Positions 54,292 through 61,894 are shown, numbered from the stretch's first letter. The stretch: DNA of 64,000 bases from an uncultured Oscillospiraceae bacterium (GCA_947630375.1 CANRHH010000008.1:8745-72744), one strand, 5' to 3'. Made by a program: numbers and translations. Notes: generated by a model not told the origin, from the sequence alone.

Positions 54292-55989
54292 TTATTCGTC
54301 GTTGGCGGCTTCCTGCAGCCCGTTGGCCTCGTCCTCCAGCCGCCGGTAGGCCACTTTGCCCACCAAAGTCTTGGGCAGCTCCCGGCGGAACTCGATCTCC
54401 TTGGGCAGGGCATATTTGGCTACATGGTGCTCCAAATACGCCATGATGCGCTTTTTGCAGTCCTCATCCGGCAAAACACCGTCCCGCAGCACGATGTATG
54501 CCTTGACCCGCTGCATACGCCGGGGGTCCTTGACCCCGATCACACAGCTGTAGGACACATCCGGATGGGAGTCGATGCAGTTCTCCACCTGGCCGGGGTA
54601 GACATTGTACCCGTTGGTGATGATCAGGCGCTTGATCCGGCGGCTGTAATACACAAAGCCGTCCTCGTCCATTTTCCCCAGGTCGCCGGTATAGAGCCAG
54701 GTGCGCCCGTCACGGAGGACCCGGAGGGTGTCCGCCGTCTCCTTGGGGTTGTCCAGATAGCCCAGCATGACGGTGGGCCCGGTGAGGATGATCTCCCCTT
54801 CCTCGCCCCGGGGCAGCTCCTCATCGGTGCCCGGGTGGACGATGCAGTATTGCGTGTCCGGGAAGGGCAGGCCGATGCTGTGCTCCCGGTAATCGTCCCG
54901 GGGGGTCAGGCAGCTGGCGGTGACGCACTCGGTAAGCCCGTAGCCCTCCCGGACCTGGATGCTGGCCCCGTGGGCCTTCAAAAAGGCGTCCACCTTTTTC
55001 TTGAGCTCCACAGACAGAGAGTCGCCTCCGCAGAACATGCCGTGGAGAAAGCTCAGATCCACCTTTTCCAGCTCCGGAATGTGCAGCAGCGCCTCAAAGA
55101 TGGTGGGCACGCCGGCGATGAAGTTGGGCTTTTTCTTGGCCAGCATATGGGCGTAGCTCTTGCCGTTGAAGGTGGGCATCAGGATGCAGCGGCCGCCGTA
55201 GACCAGCACCGCGTGCAGGTTGATGCCCAGGCCGAAGCCGTGGAAACAGGGCATACAGCTGAGCATGGACAGCCCCACGCCTAAGCGCACGCCGATGGCC
55301 TCCCGGGCCTGCATGGCCAGGGCGTTGAAATTCAGGTCACTGAGGCAGATACCCTTGGGCATACCGCTGGTGCCGCCGCTGTAGAGAATGACCGCCGTGC
55401 GCTTGGGGTCGAAGCTGGGCGGGGGGAGGGGGATGTCCTTGTCGCCCCGCCGGAGGAATTTCTTCCACAGCACAGCGTGATCGGTGTTGGGGTATTTCAG
55501 ATAAGCCCTGCCCGCCTTCAGGGTGTACGCCGCGGCCAGAACGGGGTTGAGCACATCCTGCATCCGGGCCACCAAAACAGTCACCGGATGGTCCACCTCC
55601 GCCAGGGCCGCCTCCACCTTCTCACAGAACATGTCCACCGTCAGGATGACCTTGCTCTTGGATAGATTCAGATAGAAGCTGATCTCGCTGCGGGCGGACA
55701 GCGGGTGCACCATGTTGGCCACCGCGCCCACCCGGTTGATGGCGTAAAAACAGTCCAGCGCCTGGGGAATGTTGGGCATACACACCGTCACCACATCCCC
55801 CTGGCCGATGCCCATGTCCGCAAAGGCCCTGGCCGCCCGGTCGATCTTTTTCAAAAACGTCCCATAGCTGGTTTTGTGGTTATAAAATTCATAGGCGGGC
55901 TCTTTGGGATACTGCTCCGCGATTCGCCTGACCATCTGGTACATGGTCAGCTCAGGATATTCCAGATGCTCTCTCGGTCTGTAGGCCAT
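54292..55989 (-). CDS. AMP-forming acyl-CoA synthetase / AMP-binding enzyme
   Basis: It has the AMP-binding signature ILYSGGTSGMPKG, a GYGLTE motif and TGDLG...DRxK-like C-terminal motifs. Confidence 0.9.
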   Translation of the reverse strand: MAYRPREHLEYPELTMYQMVRRIAEQYPKEPAYEFYNHKTSYGTFLKKIDRAARAFADMGIGQGDVVTVCMPNIPQALDCFYAINRVGAVANMVHPLSARSEISFYLNLSKSKVILTVDMFCEKVEAALAEVDHPVTVLVARMQDVLNPVLAAAYTLKAGRAYLKYPNTDHAVLWKKFLRRGDKDIPLPPPSFDPKRTAVILYSGGTSGMPKGICLSDLNFNALAMQAREAIGVRLGVGLSMLSCMPCFHGFGLGINLHAVLVYGGRCILMPTFNGKSYAHMLAKKKPNFIAGVPTIFEALLHIPELEKVDLSFLHGMFCGGDSLSVELKKKVDAFLKAHGASIQVREGYGLTECVTASCLTPRDDYREHSIGLPFPDTQYCIVHPGTDEELPRGEEGEIILTGPTVMLGYLDNPKETADTLRVLRDGRTWLYTGDLGKMDEDGFVYYSRRIKRLIITNGYNVYPGQVENCIDSHPDVSYSCVIGVKDPRRMQRVKAYIVLRDGVLPDEDCKKRIMAYLEHHVAKYALPKEIEFRRELPKTLVGKVAYRRLEDEANGLQEAANDE

Positions 55990-56036
55990 GTTTTCTGTTC
56001 TTCCCGTGTATAAAAGTAAATAGTTTTAGCTTTTAA

Positions 56037-56065
56037 AGTATAGTACAGGCCCCGGTAAATTGCAA
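56037..56065 (-). promoter_or_regulatory. Promoter of the acyl-CoA synthetase operon
   Basis: On the minus strand it reads TTGCAA, a 17-nt spacer, then TATACT. Confidence 0.6.
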
Positions 56066-56159
56066 CCTTGTTTTTTTGCCGGGATCTGTGATTTTTTCCC
56101 CGGCGGGACCGGCGTCGCCCGCGATCCCCGCCGGGGGAATTTTTTTATATGGTCTTCGC

Positions 56160-56188
56160 TTGACAAATCCCGGCAGACAAGGTATGCT
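56160..56188 (+). promoter_or_regulatory. Promoter of the mgtE leader
   Basis: TTGACA, a 17-nt spacer, then TATGCT. This leaves an untranslated leader of about 190 nt before mgtE. Confidence 0.6.
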
Positions 56189-56383
56189 GAACGTATGGCG
56201 GTTGCCAAATTTTATGAAACAGGAGGAGACGTCATGGACGGTGGAAGTAGCGGCGGCACATCAACAGGCCGAAGTTTTTTCGCGGAGCGCCAGGGTGCCT
56301 CCGCCTGCCAATTGCATCGCTGAGCTTTGGCCTGCGTGTCGGCTTCCAAATCTGGACGCGTTCCAAAAGAGGAGGAAAAACCG

Positions 56384-57760
56384 ATGGCAGAATACAATGC
56401 GCTTTTAAAGAAGACTTTGAAGACCCTGCTCGACGAAAAGAAGTACTCTACCCTGAAGGACGTTCTGGTGACCATGAATCCGGCGGACGTAGCCGCCGTC
56501 TTCGAGGAATTGGGGGAGGAGCGGGTCCCGCTGCTGTTCCGGCTGCTGCCTAAGGAGCTGGCGGCGGAGTGCTTCGTGGAGATGGAGCCGGACCGGCAGG
56601 AGCTGCTGATCCGGGGCTTCTCCGATCTGGAGCTGAGGGACCTGATCGGCGAGCTGTATGTAGACGACGCCGCGGACCTGGTGGAGGAGATGCCCGCCAA
56701 CGTGGTCAAGCGGATCCTCTCCCAGGCGGACCCCCAGACCCGCCGGGAGATCAACCAGATCCTACGCTATCCCGAGAACTCCGCCGGCTCCATCATGACC
56801 ACCGAGTATGTCTCCCTCCGGCCGGCCATGACCGTAGCGGAGGCCATTGCCCGCATCCGTAAGACAGGGGTGGACAAGGAGACGATCTACACCTGCTACA
56901 TCACCGAGGACCGGCGGCTTTTAGGCTTCGTGACGGTCAAGGATCTGCTGCTGACCGAGAACGACGACACGCCCGTCTCCGAGGTGATGGATGAGAACGT
57001 GATCTCCGTGAGCACCATGGCCGACCAGGAAGAGGTGGCCCAGATGCTCTCCCGGTACAACTTCCTGGCCCTGCCCGTGGTGGATACCGACGGGCGGATG
57101 GTGGGCATCGTCACCTTTGACGACGCGATGGATGTCCTGGAGGAAGAGACCACCGAGGATATGGAGCTCATGGCGGGCATCACGCCCACGGAAAAGCCCT
57201 ATCTGCGCTCCAACGCCTGGGAGCTTTTCAAGCACCGCATCCCCTGGCTGTGCCTGCTGATGGTGTCGGCCACCTTTACGGGGATGATCATCACCGGTTT
57301 CGAGAGCGCGCTGGCGGCCCAGGTGATCCTGACGGCTTTTATCCCCATGCTGATGGATACCGGCGGCAACTCCGGCTCCCAGTCCTCGGTCACGGTGATC
57401 CGGGCCCTGTCCCTGGGGGAGCTGGCGTTTAAGGACCTGCCCGCGGTCATCTGGAAGGAGATCCAGACGGCGGTGCTGTGCGGGACCGCGCTGGCGGTGC
57501 TGTGCTTTGCCAAGATCATGCTGGTGGACAAGCTGCTGCTGGGCAACCTGGATATCACGGTCATGACAGCGCTGGTGGTGTGCTTTACCATGGCGGTGAC
57601 GGTGCTGGTGGCCAAGGTGATCGGCTGCACGCTGCCCATGTGCGCCAAGAGGCTGGGCTTTGACCCGGCGGTGATGGCCAGCCCCTTTATCACCACCATG
57701 GTGGACGCTCTGTCCCTGCTGGTCTATTTCGGCGTGGCCCAGGCCCTGTTATTCCACTGA
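56384..57760 (+). CDS. mgtE: Magnesium transporter MgtE
   Basis: It has the MgtE N-domain, tandem CBS domains and a 5-TM channel domain (PMLMDTGGNSGSQS). The ATG at 56384 follows GAGGAGGA. Confidence 0.95.
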   Translation: MAEYNALLKKTLKTLLDEKKYSTLKDVLVTMNPADVAAVFEELGEERVPLLFRLLPKELAAECFVEMEPDRQELLIRGFSDLELRDLIGELYVDDAADLVEEMPANVVKRILSQADPQTRREINQILRYPENSAGSIMTTEYVSLRPAMTVAEAIARIRKTGVDKETIYTCYITEDRRLLGFVTVKDLLLTENDDTPVSEVMDENVISVSTMADQEEVAQMLSRYNFLALPVVDTDGRMVGIVTFDDAMDVLEEETTEDMELMAGITPTEKPYLRSNAWELFKHRIPWLCLLMVSATFTGMIITGFESALAAQVILTAFIPMLMDTGGNSGSQSSVTVIRALSLGELAFKDLPAVIWKEIQTAVLCGTALAVLCFAKIMLVDKLLLGNLDITVMTALVVCFTMAVTVLVAKVIGCTLPMCAKRLGFDPAVMASPFITTMVDALSLLVYFGVAQALLFH

Positions 57761-57775
57761 AAAGATTTTTCTGAA

Positions 57776-57814
57776 GCCTCAAAAAAGCGGCCGAAAGGCC
57801 GCTTTTTTTGAGGC
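57776..57814 (+). terminator. mgtE terminator
   Basis: GCCTCAAAAAAGCGGCC-GAAA-GGCCGCTTTTTTTGAGGC. Confidence 0.85.
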
Positions 57815-57836
57815 TTGAGTAGACCTTAATAAATAC

Positions 57837-57880
57837 ACGTAAAAATACGTACATTTATCTTGACATACGTAAAAATACGT
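57837..57880 (+). promoter_or_regulatory. Two copies of the palindromic 14-mer ACGTAAAAATACGT flanking the -35 of the hicAB promoter (candidate HicB operators)
   Basis: There are exact copies at 57837..57850 and 57867..57880. Each is an ACGTA-N4-TACGT palindrome. Confidence 0.65.
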
Positions 57881-57888
57881 GCTACAAT
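57860..57888 (+). promoter_or_regulatory. hicAB promoter
   Basis: TTGACA, a 17-nt spacer, then TACAAT. Confidence 0.7.
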
Positions 57889-57917
57889 GAGGCCGTAATA
57901 GAGATAAAGAGGGTGAT

Positions 57918-58106
57918 CTGATCAAGTATTCAGAGCTGGAAAAGATACTAAAGCAAGCGGGCTGTACCGTGAGAAGAGAAGGAAAATCGCATACACTATG
58001 GTATAGCCCTAAGACTGGAAAGGTGTTCACAGTAGGCCGGCACAAGACGCAGGATGTGCCGGTCGGAACGTTAAAGTCGATTAAAGTGAGCGCAGGGCTT
58101 GAATAA
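57918..58106 (+). CDS. hicA: HicA mRNA-interferase toxin (no canonical start codon in frame)
   Basis: The hand translation is (L)IKYSELEKILKQAGCTVRREGKSHTLWYSPKTGKVFTVGRHKTQDVPVGTLKSIKVSAGLE. The frame is closed by a TGA at 57888..57890. Only CTG 57918 or ATC 57921 follow the AAGAGGGTGA RBS. Confidence 0.7.
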   Translation: MIKYSELEKILKQAGCTVRREGKSHTLWYSPKTGKVFTVGRHKTQDVPVGTLKSIKVSAGLE

Positions 58107-58138
58107 AGCCCAAACTCTCCCGCAAATAAAGGAGGAAA

Positions 58139-58531
58139 ATGGTGATGAAGTATTTGTACCCTGCCGTGTTCAAGAAGGAAGAAGGCGGTTACAGCGTTAT
58201 CTTCCCGGACCTGGACATTGCCACTTCCGGGGAAACGCTGGAAGAGGCCATGGATATGGCGAAGGATGCTTTGTGTTTAATGCTCTATGATCTGGAAGAA
58301 AGAAAGCAGCCTGTTCCCGCCGCATCGGACATGAGAAAACTGTCATGCCCGGACGACGCCTTTTTGAGCCTTGTTGCCTGTGACACGATGGAGTACCGGC
58401 GTTTTTACAGCAGCAAGGCCGTGAAGAAAACGCTGAGCATTCCGGCATGGCTGAACACGATGGCCGAGAAAGAGGATATCAATTTCTCGGCAGTGCTGCA
58501 AAAGGCGCTGAAGGCAGAGTTGCGGCTCTGA
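58139..58531 (+). CDS. hicB: HicB antitoxin with a C-terminal ribbon-helix-helix-like tail
   Basis: KYLYPAVFKKEEGGYSVIFPDLDIATSGETLEEAMDMAKDAL is the typical HicB RNase-H-like fold. It lies downstream of hicA. Confidence 0.85.
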   Translation: MVMKYLYPAVFKKEEGGYSVIFPDLDIATSGETLEEAMDMAKDALCLMLYDLEERKQPVPAASDMRKLSCPDDAFLSLVACDTMEYRRFYSSKAVKKTLSIPAWLNTMAEKEDINFSAVLQKALKAELRL

Positions 58532-58698
58532 GTCCCACGGCCGCCTAAAATTTGGGAGTATGCCCGCCTGCGGATTTCGTGGGGCGAGGGCGAGAGGGGA
58601 TGGGATTCCCCTCTCGCAAAATTGAGCGAAGCGGATCATACGCTGCGAAGCGGCGCCGCAAAAAAAGGCCCATCCACGAAGTGGACGGGCCTTTTTTG

Positions 58699-58719
58699 TG
58701 GTGCTCCAGCGGGGATTCG
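58699..58719. repeat. att-type direct repeat copy 1 (TGGTGCTCCAGCGGGGATTCG)
   Basis: It is a 21-nt exact duplicate of 58849..58869. It is the reverse complement of a tRNA acceptor/CCA end and is preceded by the hairpin terminator at 58660..58697. Confidence 0.75.
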
Positions 58720-58848
58720 CCCGCCTGCGGGCGGGCCGGGTCGCGGGGCAAACGTGCCACTGGCACGTTTGCTAACACCGCTCCCTTCGAATCCCCCGCT
58801 TCCGCACATGAAAAAATCCTGCACCCGCTATGCGGGTACAGGATTTTT

Positions 58849-58869
58849 TGGTGCTCCAGCGGGGATTCG
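58849..58869. repeat. att-type direct repeat copy 2 (TGGTGCTCCAGCGGGGATTCG)
   Basis: It is an exact copy, preceded by the hairpin terminator at 58811..58849 and adjacent to the integrase gene. Confidence 0.75.
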
Positions 58870-58895
58870 AACCCCGGACACCCTGCTTAAAAGGG
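58849..58895 (-). other. 3' fragment of a tRNA gene (T-arm, acceptor 3' strand, encoded CCA); not a complete tRNA
   Basis: The minus strand reads ...GTGTC-CGGGG-TTCGAAT-CCCCG-CTGGAGC-A-CCA. Upstream sequence lacks a D-arm and a properly paired anticodon arm. Confidence 0.7.
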
Positions 58896-58938
58896 ATGTG
58901 GGGGAAAATGGGGAAATTGCTTAGAGCGCGTAAGAAAA

Positions 58939-60147
58939 TCAGGTTCTTTGTGCTTGGCCGTTACCCCTTTGCTTACCCCCAAAGGCAGCAGAGACGGCCT
59001 TCACCGTGTCGCTGGGGCGGTTGGCCATGAGATGGGTGTAGACGTTGAGCGTCAGGTTGGCGGTGGCGTGACCGGCCAAGTATTGCACCGTCTTGATGTC
59101 GGCCCCGGACATCACCAGCTCCGTGATGTAAGTGTGCCGCAATTGATGCGGGGTCACCTTAAAATCAAGGGAGATCTCCACCCCATGATTACGGATCCGG
59201 TCACCGAGCTGGAGCATCTTGCGATATGGCTTGCCGTTTTCCATGCCTTGGATCTCCCGGACGCTGCGAACCCGGATCGCGTCCCAGGCCCGACGAAAGG
59301 ATGTGGCGCTCATGGGCCTGCCTTTCTGGTCAGGGACCACATAGAGGTTTTTGCTTTTCGTCTTTTCCTTCTCCAGCAGCTCCACCAGCGGCTCTGGGAT
59401 GGGGATGTCCCGCTTCGCCGCACGGCTTTTTAAGGCATCGTCCACGATGGGCTTGTTTTTCCCTTCCCATCGCAGAGCCCGCCGCACGGAGATGTATGGC
59501 GGGACGGCGTCAAGGAAAACACAATCCCATTGCAGGGCAAGGATCTCTTCCCGCCGAAGCCCCGCATAGAGAGCAAGGGCGGCGATCAGGCCCGCCTTCG
59601 TCCCGGACAGCGCGTCCATGAGGCGCCGCTGCTGTTCCGCCGTCAAGGGGATCTTTTCGGCCGATGCCTTTCCCGCCGCCTTCAGGTCCCGGCAAGGGGA
59701 CCGGGCAATCAAATCATTGTTTTCCGCCGCGGCGAAGATCCTCTTTAGTGTAGTGACAATTTTTTGCTGTGAGGATTTGGACAGGTGCGCGGCAGCGGCC
59801 ATGACGGCCTGGATGTCATCCGGCGTTATGCTCCGGAGGGGGCGGGGGCCGATGATGGGGCAGATGTGATTATTGATCGCATTGCGGTAATCCTCTTTTC
59901 GCTTTGCGCTGAGACCCTCGGCATTCAGCGCGTACCAGCGGGCGGCGTACTGATAGATAAGGGGATCCTCCGCCGTCTGCCGGGTGCGGCTGAGCTGGAG
60001 CTGCCGGGCTTTGACCTTTTCCCTCAGCTCCGGTTTGGTCTTGCCGTAGACATCGACCCAGCGGCCGCTGTTTTCGTCTTTGATGCGCTTACGGTAGAGC
60101 CTGGTCTTTTCGCTATACGAAAATTCCGGGGCGTTTTTTCGCGGCAT
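58939..60147 (-). CDS. Tyrosine-type site-specific integrase
   Basis: The catalytic region is HQLRHTYITELV...LAGHATANLTLNVYTH (R..H..R..Y pattern). The ATG at 60147 follows AAAGGAGGAAAA. Confidence 0.92.
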   Translation of the reverse strand: MPRKNAPEFSYSEKTRLYRKRIKDENSGRWVDVYGKTKPELREKVKARQLQLSRTRQTAEDPLIYQYAARWYALNAEGLSAKRKEDYRNAINNHICPIIGPRPLRSITPDDIQAVMAAAAHLSKSSQQKIVTTLKRIFAAAENNDLIARSPCRDLKAAGKASAEKIPLTAEQQRRLMDALSGTKAGLIAALALYAGLRREEILALQWDCVFLDAVPPYISVRRALRWEGKNKPIVDDALKSRAAKRDIPIPEPLVELLEKEKTKSKNLYVVPDQKGRPMSATSFRRAWDAIRVRSVREIQGMENGKPYRKMLQLGDRIRNHGVEISLDFKVTPHQLRHTYITELVMSGADIKTVQYLAGHATANLTLNVYTHLMANRPSDTVKAVSAAFGGKQRGNGQAQRT

Positions 60148-60300
60148 TTTTCCTCCTTTTCTCTTGCGCCCCGGCCCGCGGTGTGCTAAGATAAAAGGGC
60201 AGACCAAGGCCTTGGTTTTGATCGACGGGGTTTTTCTGCGTGGCCGGCTTGAGCTTCCACCTTCAAGCCGGCCTTTTTTGTGTCCAAATCGGACACGGGG

Positions 60301-60597
60301 TCAGGCTTTCTTCAGTTCAGCCACGTCCTGGGCCAGGGTCCGGACGACGGTCTTCAGAAAGACGACCTCATCCTCCAGGGCCTCCACCCGGCTTTTGGGG
60401 GCCAGGGTCTCCAGAATAGTCTGCTGCCCTTCGGCCAGCAGCTGAAGCTGGGGCTGGATGGCGGACTCATAGAAGGCCATCCAGCGGTCCTCCGCGGCGT
60501 TGATCTCGGCGCGGACGGCGCCGATCTCGCCATGGGTGCGGCTCTCCGAGTCCGTAAGCAGCTTCTGAATGGCCTGTAGATCTTTGTCTTCCAGCAT
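60301..60597 (-). CDS. 98-aa all-helical/coiled-coil protein (unknown function), second gene of the int-proximal operon
   Basis: The ATG at 60597 follows GAGAGGAGA. The protein begins MLEDKDLQAIQKLLTDSESRTHGEIGAVRAEI. Its composition is normal. Confidence 0.55.
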   Translation of the reverse strand: MLEDKDLQAIQKLLTDSESRTHGEIGAVRAEINAAEDRWMAFYESAIQPQLQLLAEGQQTILETLAPKSRVEALEDEVVFLKTVVRTLAQDVAELKKA

Positions 60598-60637
60598 AAT
60601 GGTCTCCTCTCTTTCTGTGTCCGAAGTGGACACGGGG

Positions 60638-61378
60638 TTATTCTATATCTTTACTGTAGACGACGGTCACGTCAGCGCGGTATATGTAGTCCGCCGCGCT
60701 CCGGGGACGGTCGTCAAATTCGTCGTTATCCTCCGGGCGGAAGCGCTCAACATCCAAGCGGGCCGAGGTGAGGCGGTCCACAACATCCAGAAAGGCTTGG
60801 ACCTGGGGCGCGGGCACGTTGCCGATGCCCATGTCGTTATAGGTGATAAGGACAGCGTCTTTTCCCTTATAATCGTAGGACTCAAAGCCAATGGTCCCTT
60901 CTCCGTCGTTTGCCAGGGCTTCTTTCAGGACCCGCTGTCGACTGCTGCCGTCATCGTTATCATAGGTGACACCGGCGACCCGAAAGCGCAGACGGCCGTG
61001 GGTTCGTTCAAACTCGGCCTGCCGGGCGGATGCCTCCTTGCGATCATTTTCTATCTTTTCCTTTAATTCGGCAATCTCTTTTTCCGTTTTGGCTGCTTTT
61101 TCCTGAAGTTCAGCTTGCTTCTCTTTTAGTCGGTGGATGCGCTCAGCTTTTTCTGCTTCCGCTTTCTGCCGAGCAGCCTCACGCGCCTTCCCCTGCCGGT
61201 GAAAATTCAGTGTATAGCTGACAGCCCACCACACGACCAGAGCAAAGACAATGATGCCGACGATCAAGCCTCCAAGATTTCCCTGCCACCATGCATTTGA
61301 AATCAGGGTCATGGGCAGTACAAGGAGCACGATCCGCAAGGCCACGCCCCAAATTGTATAGGTTTTATCGTTTTTCAT
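60638..61378 (-). CDS. Membrane-anchored coiled-coil protein with a C-terminal HIRAN-like domain
   Basis: It has two N-terminal TM helices, a Lys/Glu/Ala coiled coil, then RFRVAGVTYDNDDG...IGNVPAPQVQAFL, which resembles HIRAN. The ATG at 61378 follows AGAGGAGAG. Confidence 0.65.
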   Translation of the reverse strand: MKNDKTYTIWGVALRIVLLVLPMTLISNAWWQGNLGGLIVGIIVFALVVWWAVSYTLNFHRQGKAREAARQKAEAEKAERIHRLKEKQAELQEKAAKTEKEIAELKEKIENDRKEASARQAEFERTHGRLRFRVAGVTYDNDDGSSRQRVLKEALANDGEGTIGFESYDYKGKDAVLITYNDMGIGNVPAPQVQAFLDVVDRLTSARLDVERFRPEDNDEFDDRPRSAADYIYRADVTVVYSKDIE

Positions 61379-61411
61379 CCATTTCTCTCCTCTATCCAAA
61401 ATCTACGTAGA

Positions 61412-61792
61412 TTATATTGCCGACTCGCCGTCTGATTCGGGAGGGCCGGCCTTGTATTCGTCCATGGCATTTAGCCCGCGGGCATCTACCAAAAGATGCT
61501 GCTGGCCAGCATCGTTTAAATTGTGGTATATAGTATCAATTTCTTCAAACCTTTTGTCCTTGCCATTTACTGGTGAGGATTTTTTTTCATTCTCCGGCAT
61601 TCCGTTCAAATACTCCAGAGAAACGCCAAGGCCATCAGACAATTTAAAAGCTACGTCAAGGGATACCTTGTTTTGCTTGCGGACGACAATGCCTCTGATC
61701 GTCGAGTCGGCTACACCTGAAAGCCGGGCAACGTCAGCCACAGTCAAATTTCTTTCCTGCATTATGGAACTAAGCACACGGTAAATCTCCAT
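61412..61792 (-). CDS. XRE-family HTH repressor (phage cI-like)
   Basis: The HTH reads LTVADVARLSGVADSTIRGIV. The ATG at 61792 follows GGAGGA. It is divergent from a Cro-like gene. Confidence 0.85.
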   Translation of the reverse strand: MEIYRVLSSIMQERNLTVADVARLSGVADSTIRGIVVRKQNKVSLDVAFKLSDGLGVSLEYLNGMPENEKKSSPVNGKDKRFEEIDTIYHNLNDAGQQHLLVDARGLNAMDEYKAGPPESDGESAI

Positions 61793-61865
61793 CAAATTTT
61801 CCTCCGCTGTAAACATATCATAACACGCATTATCGCGCATTGCAAGATTTTTTTCACGCAAAGTA

Positions 61866-61894
61866 TTGACAAATCTTTTATTGAGTGATTAAAT
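61866..61894 (+). promoter_or_regulatory. Rightward (Cro-side) promoter of the switch region
   Basis: TTGACA, a 17-nt spacer, then TTAAAT. Confidence 0.55.

Noticed and set aside
56190-56383. The mgtE leader could be an M-box (ykoK) riboswitch.
   Set aside because: An M-box is expected from genomic context, but I could not recognise its conserved core sequences by eye. It is therefore reported only as an unassigned leader.
57779-58045. An 88-aa minus-strand ORF lies across the hicA region.
   Set aside because: It lies antisense to a clear HicA coding frame and to the hicAB promoter, and its composition is implausible.
58849-58927. A complete tRNA gene might sit next to the integrase.
   Set aside because: The T-arm, acceptor 3' strand and CCA are good. 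However, there is no D-arm, the candidate anticodon stem has only 4 bp, and its loop would give UAA (Leu) without the long variable arm a tRNA-Leu requires. I treat it as an att-associated 3' fragment.
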